Assembly: GCA_015068365.1 (NCBI GenBank)
Contig: SVKR01000035.1
Location: 1 to 49,734 of the forward strand
Source of the DNA: Oscillospiraceae bacterium
GTDB lineage: Bacteria; Bacillota; Clostridia; Oscillospirales; Oscillospiraceae
DNA: 49,734 nucleotides
Reading direction: 5' to 3'
Part shown: piece by piece, positions 33,212 through 42,439 of the stretch
Numbering within the stretch: position 1 is the first letter of the stretch
Layout of the letters: each line of letters opens with the position of its first letter
Translations under genes and position numbers: made by a program
Notes under the pieces: generated by a model
Told to the model about the DNA's origin: nothing
Seen by the model: the letters and a program-made list of their open reading frames with translations, nothing else
Databases searched by the model: none

Positions 33212-34016
33212 ACGGAACCTGGAGCGCATCGTTCTGATCATTCTGGCGCTGCTCAATGTTTTCTTGCTGAGCGTGGTGCTCTCCGACACCGCCGAGGCCC
33301 GCCGCAGCGCGAAAGAGACCGTCGCCTCCGTCACGGCGCTGCTGGAAGACAGCGGCATCTCTGTTGCGGACGGGGCCATCACACTGCAAAGCGCCCCGGC
33401 GCCCTGCGCGCTGGCGCGCGACGTGCAGCGGGAGAGCGAAAAGGTGCAGAAGCTCATCGGGGCCTACACGCCGGAGGACCTTGGCGGCAACATCATCCTG
33501 TACCAGGGAGAACAAGGCAAAGCGCTGCTGCGCGGCAGCGGCGAGCTGGACGTGCTGCTGTCAAGCAGCGCCGTGCCCCTGCGCCGGGGCGCAGCGCGCA
33601 CTGCCCAGCGCGCGCTGCGGCAGATCGGCGTCACCGCCCTGCCCGCCTCGGAGGAGGGCAGGAACATGGACTTTTACTGCACGCTGGAAGGCATCCCCGT
33701 GTACAATGCCGTGCTCCATTTTGAATTTTCGGAGAGCAGCCTCGTTATCCTCACCGGGACAAGGCTGTTCGACAGTGTGACGAAAAGCGCCCGCAGCACG
33801 GGCATGGACAGCGTTTCGGCGCTGCTGCGCTTTGTGGAGATCGTCCGCAGCGAGGGCTTTATCTGCTCCCGGCTGGACGACGTGCAGCCGGGCTATCTCC
33901 TCTCGCCCACCCGTTCCGGCGAGGCGGAGCTCATCCCCGTCTGGCGCATCGAGACCGACGCCGGCCCGCTGATGATCGACGCGGACAGCGGCCAGGTGGA
34001 GAGCAGATTTACATAA
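33198..34016 (+). CDS. Membrane-anchored protein, YycI (WalI)-like
   Basis: The N-terminal LERIVLIILALLNVFLLSVVL resembles the YycH/YycI anchor (..LN.FLL..). It overlaps the upstream gene by 14 nt. Confidence 0.45.
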   Translation: MQMDRRNLERIVLIILALLNVFLLSVVLSDTAEARRSAKETVASVTALLEDSGISVADGAITLQSAPAPCALARDVQRESEKVQKLIGAYTPEDLGGNIILYQGEQGKALLRGSGELDVLLSSSAVPLRRGAARTAQRALRQIGVTALPASEEGRNMDFYCTLEGIPVYNAVLHFEFSESSLVILTGTRLFDSVTKSARSTGMDSVSALLRFVEIVRSEGFICSRLDDVQPGYLLSPTRSGEAELIPVWRIETDAGPLMIDADSGQVESRFT

Positions 34017-34155
34017 GAACAAATCGGTTGTCATAAAATTGCGCTTGGTTGCAGAATTATGTTGCATCTTTCTGTATTTCGTGTTAATCTTAGGTGCGGA
34101 AGCATAGATTTTCCACAGGCCAGAGCGCAAATCACACCGCACGGAGGCTTGCATC

Positions 34156-35460
34156 GTGGATAAGTACATCATAAAGGGCGGAAAAAAACTCTACGGCGAG
34201 GTGGAGATTTCCGGCGCGAAAAACGCGGCGGTCGCCATCATCCCCGCGGCGCTGATGGTCAGCGGCGTGTGCCGGATCGAGAATCTGCCCCAGATCAGCG
34301 ATACGGACAAGCTTTTGGACATTCTGGCGCTGATGGGCGCGAAGGTGAATCTGGTCAACAAGACCACCGTCGACGTGGACTGCACCGACGTGTATTTCAA
34401 CGACAAGATCTTTGAGCTGACCCGGGACATCCGGGCGTCCTATTACCTCATCGGCTCCATGCTGGGCCGCTTCGGCGCGGCGCGCACCACCATGCCCGGC
34501 GGCTGCAACTTCGGCGTGCGGCCCATCGACCAGCACATCAAGGGCATGAAGGCCCTGGGCGCCACCATGAACATCGGCAAGGGTCTCATCCGTGCCGAGG
34601 CGAAGGACGGGCGGCTGAAGGGCGCGCGCATCTATCTGGACAAGGTTTCCGTGGGCGCCACGGTCAACATCATGATCGCCGCCACCCTGGCCAAGGGCCA
34701 GACCATCATCGAAAACGCCGCCAGAGAGCCGCACATCGTCGATCTGGCGAACTTCCTGAACTCCATGGGCGCGGACGTCCGCGGCGCCGGTACCGACGTC
34801 ATCAAGGTCCGGGGCGTGGACAGCCTGCACAGCGGTACATACACCCTGATCCCCGACCAGATCGAGGCCGGCACCTATATGGCCGCCGTGGCCGGCGCGG
34901 GCGGGGAGATCCGCATCAACAACGTCATCCCCAAGCACTTGGACTGCATCAGCGCCAAGCTGGCCGAGATGGGCGTGGAGATCGAGGAGGGGGACGACTT
35001 CGTCACCGTGCGCCGGGAGGGCGCGCTGCACCACACCAACATCAAGACCCTGCCGTACCCCGGCTTTCCCACGGATATGCAGCCCCAGATCAGCACCGTG
35101 CTGTCCCTGGCGGAGGGCACCAGCGTGGTGACCGAGGGCGTGTGGGACAACCGCTATAAATACGTCAACGAGCTGCGGAAAATGGGCGCGGAGATCCAGG
35201 TGGACGGCAAGATCGCCGTCATCGAGGGCGTGCCCAACCTCACCGGCGCCCCCGTCGCCGCCTGCGATCTGCGGGCCGGCGCGGCAATGGTAATCGCCGG
35301 ACTGTGTGCCGAGGGCACCACCGTGGTGGAGGACGTGGAGTTCATCGAGCGCGGCTATCAGGACATCGTGGGCAAGCTGCGGGGCCTGGGCGCGGACATC
35401 ATCGCCGTCAGCGAACCGGACGGCCCGGCGGAGAAGCTCACCGCGGTCAGCGCCGGATGA
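34156..35460 (+). CDS. murA: UDP-N-acetylglucosamine 1-carboxyvinyltransferase
   Basis: GTG start. MDKYIIKGGKKLYGEVEISGAKNAAVAIIPAAL, the active-site loop CNFGVRPIDQH and YPGFPTDMQ. Confidence 0.93.
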   Translation: MDKYIIKGGKKLYGEVEISGAKNAAVAIIPAALMVSGVCRIENLPQISDTDKLLDILALMGAKVNLVNKTTVDVDCTDVYFNDKIFELTRDIRASYYLIGSMLGRFGAARTTMPGGCNFGVRPIDQHIKGMKALGATMNIGKGLIRAEAKDGRLKGARIYLDKVSVGATVNIMIAATLAKGQTIIENAAREPHIVDLANFLNSMGADVRGAGTDVIKVRGVDSLHSGTYTLIPDQIEAGTYMAAVAGAGGEIRINNVIPKHLDCISAKLAEMGVEIEEGDDFVTVRREGALHHTNIKTLPYPGFPTDMQPQISTVLSLAEGTSVVTEGVWDNRYKYVNELRKMGAEIQVDGKIAVIEGVPNLTGAPVAACDLRAGAAMVIAGLCAEGTTVVEDVEFIERGYQDIVGKLRGLGADIIAVSEPDGPAEKLTAVSAG

Positions 35461-36227
35461 TGCGCCTGACCACCTTTGCCAGCGGCAGCAGCGGAAACTG
35501 CGCGCTTTTGAGCATGGACGGCGTGCACATCCTGCTGGACGCCGGCATCTCCTGCCGCCGCATCTGCGAGCATCTGCGTCTGACCGGCATAAATTGCGAG
35601 GACCTTGCCGCCATCCTCATCACCCATGAACACAGCGATCATATCGCGGGGCTGGCTACGCTTGCAAAGCGCTGCGCCGCCCCGATCTGCGCCCCCCGTG
35701 CCGTGGCCGGTTATCTGGACCGGACCATCGCGGGGGTTTCCTTGCGTCTGCGCGTCACCGCGCCGGAGGAGCATCTGCGCTTCGGCGATGTGACGGTGCG
35801 CAGCTTCCGCACCAGCCACGACAGCGCGGAAAGCGTCGGCTGGCGGGCCGACGGCCCGTCCGGCAGCTTTGCCCTGGCCACGGACAGCGGCTGCGTCACG
35901 CCGGAGATGCGCGAAGGGCTGCGCGGCGCCCGGTGCGTGCTCATCGAGGCCAACCACGACGTGGACATGCTCCTGTCCGGCCCCTATCCGCCCTATCTCA
36001 AGCGGCGCATCCTCTCCGAGCGCGGCCACCTCTCCAATGACGACTGCGCGGCCCTGGCCGCCGACCTGGCAAGGGAGGGCACCCGGCAGATTTTGCTCGG
36101 CCACCTGAGCCGGGAGAACAACAGCCCCGCCCGCGCGCTTCAGACCGTTTCCGCGGCGCTTTCCGGCAGCGGCGCGGCGGTTTATGTCGCCCCGGCGGAC
36201 GGGCGCATCACCCTGGAGGACGGTTAA
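35457..36227 (+). CDS. MBL-fold metallo-hydrolase (WalJ/YycJ-like)
   Basis: The ATG overlaps the murA stop (ATGA). FASGSSGNCALL and ITHEHSDH motifs. Confidence 0.8.
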   Translation: MMRLTTFASGSSGNCALLSMDGVHILLDAGISCRRICEHLRLTGINCEDLAAILITHEHSDHIAGLATLAKRCAAPICAPRAVAGYLDRTIAGVSLRLRVTAPEEHLRFGDVTVRSFRTSHDSAESVGWRADGPSGSFALATDSGCVTPEMREGLRGARCVLIEANHDVDMLLSGPYPPYLKRRILSERGHLSNDDCAALAADLAREGTRQILLGHLSRENNSPARALQTVSAALSGSGAAVYVAPADGRITLEDG

Positions 36228-36710
36228 ATGCTGACAGTCAGCTTTCTGTGCGTCGGAAAAATGAAGGAGCCCTACCTCATCGCCGCTTTTGAGGAATACC
36301 GCAAGCGGCTGGGCGCATATTGCCGCTTTTCGCTGACGGAGATCCCGGAGCAGCACCTGCCCGAAGCGCCGTCGGAGCGGGAGATCGGCGCGGCGCTGGA
36401 AAAGGAGGCCGACGAGCTGGAAAAGCGCATCCCTGCCTCGGCCGCGCTGATCGCGCTTTGCGTGGAGGGGGAGCAGATGTCCTCCCCGGCCTTCGCCCGG
36501 CGCATCGCGGACTGGCAGAGCGCCGGATGCAGCCAGCTCTGCTTCGTCGTGGGCGGCTCCTGCGGGCTTTCCCCGCGCATCAAGCGCCGGGCCGATCTGC
36601 GCCTTTCCTTCTCGGAGATGACCTTCCCGCACCACCTGTTCCGGGTGATGCTGTGCGAGCAGGTCTACCGCGCGCTGAACATTCTGGGCGGGGGGAAATA
36701 TCATAAATAA
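36228..36710 (+). CDS. rlmH: 23S rRNA (pseudouridine1915-N3)-methyltransferase
   Basis: SPOUT-type sequence: VGKMKEPYL..EYRKRL, FVVGGSCGLS and MTFPHHLFRVMLCEQVYRA. Confidence 0.9.
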   Translation: MLTVSFLCVGKMKEPYLIAAFEEYRKRLGAYCRFSLTEIPEQHLPEAPSEREIGAALEKEADELEKRIPASAALIALCVEGEQMSSPAFARRIADWQSAGCSQLCFVVGGSCGLSPRIKRRADLRLSFSEMTFPHHLFRVMLCEQVYRALNILGGGKYHK

Positions 36711-36716
36711 AAACGC

Positions 36717-36753
36717 GGCGCTCTGTCCAGAAGAGCGCCGATTTTCTGTTTTT
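36717..36753 (+). terminator. Intrinsic terminator after rlmH
   Basis: GGCGCTCT / AGAGCGCC stem followed by GATTTTCTGTTTTT. Confidence 0.65.
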
Positions 36754-36833
36754 CGCTATTCACAAGCGGGAAAAACTGTGATAGAATTATCTTTACGAAT
36801 CCATATTAATAAGAAAAGGGAGAAGCGAGCGCC

Positions 36834-37151
36834 ATGTTTGGTGAATTCGGCCGGAACATGCCCGGCAAGCTGTACCGGCAGTGGCCCAGAGACGCCCGGG
36901 GCGAGATCGTGCCGCCGAAATTCCTCACCCACTGTTCCAGCCGGGACGTGGAAGACGAGATGCTGGTGGCCTTTCTGAAATCCTATGGCATCCCCGCGGT
37001 CGTGCTGCACCCGGGGGACGGCTCCTTCGGCAAGGTGGTGCTGGGGCTTTCCGGCACCGGCAGCAGCATCTATGTCCCGGAGACCATGTATGACATGGCA
37101 AAAGAACTGATGGAGGCAACGCCCGATGACGACTTACAGAGCGGAATATGA
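36834..37151 (+). CDS. Hypothetical 105-aa protein
   Basis: GGGAGAAG RBS region and host-like codon usage. It overlaps the next gene by 26 nt. I recognise no family. Confidence 0.45.
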   Translation: MFGEFGRNMPGKLYRQWPRDARGEIVPPKFLTHCSSRDVEDEMLVAFLKSYGIPAVVLHPGDGSFGKVVLGLSGTGSSIYVPETMYDMAKELMEATPDDDLQSGI

Positions 37152-38856
37152 AAAATGGCTGGATTGTCCGGCTTTGAGCGAGACTGAGTGGAAAGAGCTG
37201 CACGACATCCGGCGGGATGACAAGGAGATCGAAAGCCGCTTTTTCGCGCCGCTGGAATTCGGCACCGCCGGACTGCGCGGCACCATGAAGCTGGGGCTGC
37301 ACCACATGAACGTCCACGTCATCCGCCACGCCACGCAGGCCTTTGCCGACGTGGTGGCGGCCGAAGGGCCGGAGGCCATGGCCCGCGGCGTCGTGGTGTG
37401 CTATGACTGCCGCATCAACAGCGACCTGTTCGCCCGGGAGGCGGCCTGCGTCATGGCGGCCAACGGCATCCACGTCCGCATCTTTGACGCGCTGCGCCCC
37501 ACCCCGGAGCTGAGCTTTGCCATCCGCTATTACGGCGCGCAGGCGGGCATCAACATCACCGCCAGCCACAACCCCAAGGAGTACAACGGCTACAAGGTCT
37601 ACTGGTCCGACGGCGCCCAGCTGCCCCCGCAGCACGCCGCCGCCATCGCCGCGGAGATGGAGCGCATCGACATCTTCTCCGGCTTCAAGACCGTGGACTT
37701 TGACGAGGCAAAGGCCGACGGGCGCATCGAGGTCATCGGCGCGCAGTGCGACGAGGCCTTTCTGGAGCGCGTGCTGGGCCAGGCCATCGACCGCGAGGCC
37801 GTGGCGAAGGCCGCCGACACGCTGAAGATCGTCTACACCCCCTTCCACGGCGCCGGCCACAAGCTGGTGCCCGAGGCGCTGAAGCGCCTGGGGATCAAGC
37901 ACCTCACCCCCGTGCCGCAGCAGATGGTCATCGACGGGGCCTTCCCCACGGTGGAAAGCCCCAACCCGGAGAACCCGGAGGGCTTTTATCTGGCGGTGGA
38001 CCTGGCAAAGGAGGTCGGCAGCGACCTCATCATCGGCACCGACCCGGACTCTGACCGCATCGGCACCATGGTGCGCCGGGGGGACGGCTTCGTGCCCATC
38101 ACCGGCAACCAGCTGGGCGTGCTGCTGCTGGACTATGTCATCGGCGCGAAAAAGCGCACCGGCACCTTGCCGGAAAACGCCGGCGCGCTGAAGACCATCG
38201 TCTCCACCGAGATGGCACGCGAGGTCGCCAAGCGCAACGGCGTGTACATTGAGGACACCTTCACCGGCTTCAAATTCATGGCCGAGAAGATCGCCGAATG
38301 GGACGCGAGCGGCGCGCATCAGTATATTTTCGCCTTTGAAGAGAGCTATGGCTATATGATGGGCGACTATGTCCGGGACAAGGACGCGGTGACCGCCTCG
38401 CTGATGGTGGCGGAGATGGCGGCCTATTACTGGAACCAGGGCAAGACCCTGCTGGACGCCATGGAGGACCTGTACGCCGCCTACGGCCGCTATCAGGAGA
38501 AGACCATCAACCTGGTGATGCCGGGGCTGGACGGCCTGCGCCGGATGCAGGAGATCATGGCAAAGCTGCGCAGCGAGCACCCGGTCGCGGTGGGCGGCAC
38601 CCCCGTCGCCAAGGTGCGGGACTATCTGACCGGCGAGCTGAGCGTCGGCGGCCTGGGCGTGGTGGGGCAGACCCACATCTCCGGCAGCAACGTGCTCTAT
38701 TTCGAGCTGGCGGACGGCAGCAGCTTCATCATCCGCCCCTCCGGCACCGAGCCGAAGATCAAGGTCTATCTCATGGTGCACGACGCCGACAAGGCGAAGT
38801 GCGACGAGAAGCTGGCCCTCTACGCCGCCTGGGCCGAGACCATCAAGGAACTGTAA
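37126..38856 (+). CDS. Phospho-sugar mutase (phosphoglucomutase/phosphomannomutase, PgcA-like)
   Basis: Active-site TASHNPKEYNGYKVY, metal loop GTDPDSDR, and sugar loop FEESYGY. Confidence 0.88.
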   Translation: MTTYRAEYEKWLDCPALSETEWKELHDIRRDDKEIESRFFAPLEFGTAGLRGTMKLGLHHMNVHVIRHATQAFADVVAAEGPEAMARGVVVCYDCRINSDLFAREAACVMAANGIHVRIFDALRPTPELSFAIRYYGAQAGINITASHNPKEYNGYKVYWSDGAQLPPQHAAAIAAEMERIDIFSGFKTVDFDEAKADGRIEVIGAQCDEAFLERVLGQAIDREAVAKAADTLKIVYTPFHGAGHKLVPEALKRLGIKHLTPVPQQMVIDGAFPTVESPNPENPEGFYLAVDLAKEVGSDLIIGTDPDSDRIGTMVRRGDGFVPITGNQLGVLLLDYVIGAKKRTGTLPENAGALKTIVSTEMAREVAKRNGVYIEDTFTGFKFMAEKIAEWDASGAHQYIFAFEESYGYMMGDYVRDKDAVTASLMVAEMAAYYWNQGKTLLDAMEDLYAAYGRYQEKTINLVMPGLDGLRRMQEIMAKLRSEHPVAVGGTPVAKVRDYLTGELSVGGLGVVGQTHISGSNVLYFELADGSSFIIRPSGTEPKIKVYLMVHDADKAKCDEKLALYAAWAETIKEL

Positions 38857-38864
38857 AAAGATAA

Positions 38865-38903
38865 AACAAGGAGCGCCCTTGAAAGGACGCTCCTTGTTTT
38901 TTT
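38865..38903. terminator. Bidirectional intrinsic terminator
   Basis: AACAAGGAGCG / CGCTCCTTGTT stem followed by TTTTTT, between convergent genes. Confidence 0.8.
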
Positions 38904-39433
38904 CAGCCAAACAGGCCGGAGATCTGCTGCGCGATCCAGTCGGCGGCGGAGCTGACGGCCTGCACCACGCTGTCCCAGATCCCCCGCAGCCCGCCGCGGG
39001 AATTGAGCTGGCGGCCCAGGGCGTCGGTGCGCTCGCGCAGGGTGGCGGGGTCCAGCTTCTCCAGCGCGCGGCACAGGTCCATCAGCTGCTGCACCTGGCT
39101 TTCCACCAGATGCACGCCGTGCTCCGCCGCGACGGCTTCGATCTTTGCGCGCAGCGCCGCGTCATCCAGCCCGGCGGTGTCGCCCAGCAGGTCCCGCAGG
39201 TCGGAAAAGAGCGAGTCGGTGTCCACGTCCCGCAGCGTTTCCCGCAGCTCCGGGGCCAGGTCCGCCGTCTGCTTTTCCAGCCAGTCGGTCAGGGAATCCA
39301 TCCCGTCGCCCAGCAGGGAGCCGTAGCGGTCGAGGAAGCTGTCCAGCGCCGGCTCCGCGGCAAAGGCGGGCGATGCAGGCACGGCAAGCAGGCAAAGGCA
39401 CAGCACGATGATGCAGATTTTTTTCATATTCAT
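38903..39433 (-). CDS. Secreted helical protein of unknown function
   Basis: Signal peptide MNMKKICIIVLCLCLLAVPASPAFA|AEP. The mature part is acidic and Leu/Asp-rich. Confidence 0.6.
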   Translation of the reverse strand: MNMKKICIIVLCLCLLAVPASPAFAAEPALDSFLDRYGSLLGDGMDSLTDWLEKQTADLAPELRETLRDVDTDSLFSDLRDLLGDTAGLDDAALRAKIEAVAAEHGVHLVESQVQQLMDLCRALEKLDPATLRERTDALGRQLNSRGGLRGIWDSVVQAVSSAADWIAQQISGLFG

Positions 39434-39599
39434 GGCAAAACGCTCCTGTCCTACAGACGATTGTATGCCCTATATGTACACCCAAATTGCAAACTTTCTG
39501 TAAATAAACACAAGCCTGCCCAAAATTCCGCAGAAAAAACTATGGAAAAATACACTTGCAACGCGGGAAAAACTATGCTAACCTAAACACATCTATATA

Positions 39600-39740
39600 G
39601 ATTGCGAGTGGAACTCCGCAGAAGGGCACGGGCCTGACCGCGGAGGGATCGCGCTCTGGAGAAGCTCACATTCGCTGTGAGGGCCGAAGGTGCAAGGTGC
39701 CGGGCAAGGCGCCAAATCTCTCAGGCAAAAGGACAGGGCT
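39600..39740 (+). promoter_or_regulatory. Glycine riboswitch (one complete aptamer preceded by a degenerate ghost-like stem)
   Basis: CTCTGGAGAAGCTC..GGGCCGAAGGTGCAAGG..AATCTCTCAGGCAAAAGGACAGGG closely matches the glycine aptamer core (GGAGA / CCGAAGG.GCAA / CTCAGGCAAAAGGAC). Confidence 0.88.
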
Positions 39741-39783
39741 GCTGCCTGCATTTTTTGCAGGCAAAGGGTTTGCCGTTTTTGCC

Positions 39784-39820
39784 GGGCTTCTCCAGACACG
39801 GGGAAGCCCGTTTGTTTTTG
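39784..39820 (+). terminator. Riboswitch expression-platform terminator
   Basis: GGGCTTCTCC / GGGGAAGCCC stem followed by GTTTGTTTTT, 47 nt before the symporter ATG. Confidence 0.7.
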
Positions 39821-39866
39821 GTTCTTATTTTTATTTAAGAAGAGAGCAAAGAAGGAGGAACCATCT

Positions 39867-41303
39867 ATGACAGTCAGCGAGTTTATCACCAAAATGGACG
39901 ACATCGCGTGGGGCAGCGTCGTGCTGTGCCTGCTCGTGGGTGTCGGCCTGATCCTCAGCATCAGCACCCGCTTCCTGCAGTTCCGTAAGTTCGGCCATGC
40001 CATGAAGAACACCATCGGCAAGGTCTTCAAAAAGCAGAAGGCCGGCAAGGGCGAGGTCACCCCGCTCCAGGCCCTGACCACCGCCCTGGCGGCCACCGTC
40101 GGCACCGGCAACATCGCCGGCGTCACCGGCGCCATCGTCATCGGCGGCCCCGGCGCCGTCTTCTGGATGTGGCTGTCCGCCCTGGTGGGCATGTGCACCA
40201 AGTTTGCCGAGGTCACGCTGGCGGTCCATTACCGCGAGCGCAACGACCAGGGCGACTGGGTCGGCGGCCCGATGTACTACATCAAGAACGGCCTGGGCAA
40301 GGGCTTCGGCTGGCTGAGCGTGCTGTTCTGCATCTTCGGCTGCCTGGCCGCCTTCGGCATCGGCAACGCCACCCAGGTGCAGTCCATCGGCGAGTCCATC
40401 GGCTCCGCCATCGACGCGCTGGGCGGCAACGTCGGCGCGAGCACCATCAGCTTCCTGGGCTCTGAGTTCACCCTGTGCAACCTCATCGTCGGCATCGTCG
40501 TGGCCGTCGTCGTGGCCCTGGTGCTGTTCGGCGGCATCAAGCGCATCGGCTCCGTCACCGAGAAGATCGTCCCGGTCATGGCCGTGGTCTACATCCTCGC
40601 CTCCCTGATCGTCATCCTCGCCAACATCAGCCACATCGGCCAGGTGTTCGGCATGATCTTCAAGGGCGCGTTCAACGCGGAGGCTGCCCTGGGCGGCGCC
40701 TTCGGCATCACCGTGTCCACCTCCATCACCAAGGGCATCGCCCGCGGCTGCTTCTCCAACGAGGCCGGCCTCGGCTCCGCCCCCATGGCCCACGCCGCCA
40801 CCAGCGAGACCAACGCGGTCAAGCAGGGCTTCTTCGGCATCTTCGAGGTGTTCATGGACACCATCGTCATCTGCACCCTCACCGCCCTCACCGTGCTGAC
40901 CAGCGCCTGCGCCGGCAACGTGGAGATCGCCTGGGGCACCAGCGGCGGCGCCGCCATCGTCTCCGCCGCGCTCAGCAGCATCCTCGGCCGCGGCTTCGGC
41001 AGCGTCATCCTGGCGCTGTGCCTGGCCCTGTTCGCCCTGTCCACCATCCTGAGCTGGAGCCTGTACGGCACCCGCTGCTTCGAGTATCTGTTCGGCACCA
41101 AGGCCAGCATCGGCTACAAGCTCGTGTTCATCCTGTTCGCCATCGTCGGCGCCACCATGAGCCTGTCCGACGCCTGGAACCTGGCCGACGCGCTCAACGG
41201 CTTCATGGCCATCCCCAACCTCATCGCCATCCTGACCCTCAGCCCCGTCATCATCAAGCTGGTGCGGGAGTACTTCCACGAGGACAAGAACCTGGCGAAG
41301 TGA
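39867..41303 (+). CDS. Alanine/glycine:cation symporter (AGCS family)
   Basis: ATG at 39867 after GAAGGAGGA. LQFRKFGH.., GEVTPLQALTTALAATVGTGNIAGV and NEAGLGSAPMAHA. Confidence 0.9.
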   Translation: MTVSEFITKMDDIAWGSVVLCLLVGVGLILSISTRFLQFRKFGHAMKNTIGKVFKKQKAGKGEVTPLQALTTALAATVGTGNIAGVTGAIVIGGPGAVFWMWLSALVGMCTKFAEVTLAVHYRERNDQGDWVGGPMYYIKNGLGKGFGWLSVLFCIFGCLAAFGIGNATQVQSIGESIGSAIDALGGNVGASTISFLGSEFTLCNLIVGIVVAVVVALVLFGGIKRIGSVTEKIVPVMAVVYILASLIVILANISHIGQVFGMIFKGAFNAEAALGGAFGITVSTSITKGIARGCFSNEAGLGSAPMAHAATSETNAVKQGFFGIFEVFMDTIVICTLTALTVLTSACAGNVEIAWGTSGGAAIVSAALSSILGRGFGSVILALCLALFALSTILSWSLYGTRCFEYLFGTKASIGYKLVFILFAIVGATMSLSDAWNLADALNGFMAIPNLIAILTLSPVIIKLVREYFHEDKNLAK

Positions 41304-41324
41304 TCTTAACCGAAACCCCAAAAA

Positions 41325-41355
41325 AGCGACACGGCAAAGGCCGTGTCGCTTTTTT
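41325..41355. terminator. Bidirectional intrinsic terminator
   Basis: AAAAAAGCGACACGG / CCGTGTCGCTTTTTT between convergent genes. Confidence 0.8.
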
Positions 41356-42436
41356 ATGGTTCTATGTCCATGTGCATCGCCATGAGTCCGGAGCGCATCA
41401 CCAGCCGCCGCAGCCAGGGGATATACATGAAAAGCCGCTTATAGCATTTCAGCCGCAGCTTCCACTTCAGGGGGAGCACCGCCCGGCGATAGTCCCGCTC
41501 GGCTTTGTGCAGATCGCCGCCGCGCAGGGCGCGGGCGAGGCATTTTCCGCTCAGGATCGCGCTGCTGATGCCCTCAAAGGAACTGGGGCTGATGAAGCCC
41601 GCCGCCTCGCCGATGAGGAAGGCGCCGTCCCTGCCGGTGATGAAATCCCGCCAGCGGGCAGGACGGAAAACCTCGCAGGCCTCGGTGCGCAGCGGTTCAG
41701 TGAAGCGAAAGCCGTATTTGCCCGCGATGCGCTGCTTTTGCTTTTCAAAATTTTCCCGACAGTGCTCCGGCAGGAAAGAGCCTCCATAGAGAAAACAGCC
41801 GTCCTTGTGAATCGACCAGGAGCAGCTTTCGCTGGTGGCGGGGTCGAAGATGCAGGAATAAAAGGGACTGACGCGCTCATCGGCAGCAAACCATTGCTGG
41901 ATGGCGACATAGCGCCGGATGTCGCAGCGGTAAAAGCTGCGGCGGACGATGGAAGCGGCCCCGTCCGCGCCGACCACGCATCGGGCGCGGAGGGCGTGAA
42001 TCCCGCCGCCGGGCAGATGCACCTCGGCGACAAAGCCGCCGTCCGATGCGCGCTGCAAAGCGGCGCAGCGACCGGAGAGCTTGTCCACGCCGTCCGGAAC
42101 CAGGGAGCGCAGCCAGTCGTCAAATCGGCCGCGGTCGGCATTGATATAAAAGCGGGAATAGTAGCGCACCAGGTCTGCTTCCAGATCGATGGTCTTGACA
42201 GAGAAGATCTGCGGGTCCACCAGCACGGACTTCGGCAGCGTCAGATCAAAGGCAGCCAGGACCTTTTGAGCGTCCGGCGCCAGAAGCCCGCCGCAGACCT
42301 TGGCCTTGCCGGGGGTGCGGCCATTCAGAAGCGCGATCCGCTGCCCGCTGCCGGCGAGCATACGCGCCAGGGTGCTTCCGGCCGGCCCGGCCCCGATAAT
42401 CAGCACGTCATAGGGCAGAGAGAGATCAAAGTCCAT
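41354..42436 (-). CDS. FAD-dependent oxidoreductase (geranylgeranyl-reductase-like fold)
   Basis: YDVLIIGAGPAGSTLARML, KVCGGLL and GEAAGFISP. Confidence 0.75.
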   Translation of the reverse strand: MDFDLSLPYDVLIIGAGPAGSTLARMLAGSGQRIALLNGRTPGKAKVCGGLLAPDAQKVLAAFDLTLPKSVLVDPQIFSVKTIDLEADLVRYYSRFYINADRGRFDDWLRSLVPDGVDKLSGRCAALQRASDGGFVAEVHLPGGGIHALRARCVVGADGAASIVRRSFYRCDIRRYVAIQQWFAADERVSPFYSCIFDPATSESCSWSIHKDGCFLYGGSFLPEHCRENFEKQKQRIAGKYGFRFTEPLRTEACEVFRPARWRDFITGRDGAFLIGEAAGFISPSSFEGISSAILSGKCLARALRGGDLHKAERDYRRAVLPLKWKLRLKCYKRLFMYIPWLRRLVMRSGLMAMHMDIEP

Positions 42437-42439
42437 GGC

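Noticed and set aside
39600-39650. A complete first aptamer that would make a tandem glycine riboswitch
   Set aside because: Only fragments of the conserved core are present (CAGAAGGGCA, GCGGAGGGA). The CTCAGGCAAAAGGAC-type element is missing, so I treat this as a ghost or degenerate stem.
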